A stretch of 64,000 bases of DNA, from positions 1 to 64,000 of IMG/VR virus record IMGVR_UViG_3300042509_002293; one strand, 5' to 3'. Below are positions 63,643-64,000 of this stretch, piece by piece (within the stretch, counting starts at the first letter, position 1; every line of letters begins with the position of its first letter). The DNA is from a virus. A model generated the notes under the pieces. That model was given only the letters and a program-made list of their open reading frames with translations. It did no database searches and was not told the DNA's origin. The position numbers and the translations under genes are program-made.

Positions 63643-64000
63643 ATGCTGATTCGCAATGACCAGGACAAGGCCCAGGCCAAGCTGCTCGACGCCATCAACT
63701 GGAAGGTGGTCGAGGCCCATCGGGCCGAGATCGCAGCCAAGGACAAACTCGCCGAGAAGGTCGCCCTGTGTGCCGCCAGCGGCGTCCAGGCGGCCGGCGA
63801 GGCGGTGAGACTCGCCCGCGTCGCGAAGAACTGGCAGTGGGTCCTCAAGTGTGCGGGCAAGGCCTGTGCGGACGGCAGCAACGACGTGTCCGGCGCCGTG
63901 GCCCAGTGCGTCGCCAGCATCCGCCGGTCGATCGAGTTGGCCGCCGAGACCGGGCCCTCGACGTGCCCGTTCCACAACGCCGTCGACTTTGCGGAGGCCC
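63643..64000 (+). CDS. Hypothetical protein, 3'-truncated by window edge
   Basis: CAGGAG RBS, ATG at 63643, open to the end. Confidence 0.65.
   Translation, partial: MLIRNDQDKAQAKLLDAINWKVVEAHRAEIAAKDKLAEKVALCAASGVQAAGEAVRLARVAKNWQWVLKCAGKACADGSNDVSGAVAQCVASIRRSIELAAETGPSTCPFHNAVDFAEA

Noticed and set aside
13983-63975. Long antisense ORFs (e.g. 18468..20729, 25176..26792, 51512..52966, 62383..63975)
   Set aside because: Shadow frames of high-GC sense genes with no motifs or RBS

Overview
High-GC (by eye about 65%) segment of a temperate-looking, HK97-fold siphovirus genome; host not determinable from sequence alone. No replication or clear lysis genes lie in the window. Layout: fibre/adhesin genes (1-3.2 kb); small accessory genes separated by integron attC-like hairpins (4.3-6.1 kb); a second fibre module, HNH nucleases and an AT-rich putative cos region (7.6-11.9 kb); terS; a terL whose Walker A motif is split by a 50-nt hairpin; a 2389-aa portal fused to cargo domains; prohead protease; major capsid protein; neck genes; five tandem tail-tube paralogs; frameshifting tail chaperone; tape measure and tail tip (to 45.6 kb); tyrosine integrase (minus strand); an accessory block with an HDAC-like enzyme, MazG and an RLIG1-like RNA ligase / 4x Y RNA / Ro60 module; then early genes each driven by a repeated sigma70 promoter-operator unit. 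Most notable: (1) a head-cargo polyprotein system with repeated ExR|AFCPTGEGGGxxNxC tags across portal, protease and a third head protein, with possible cognate inhibitor peptides; (2) an inverted attC-like cassette array in a phage; (3) a terminase that needs recoding; (4) a ligase-Y RNA-Ro60 RNA-repair module. All family assignments come from motif recognition, not database searches.
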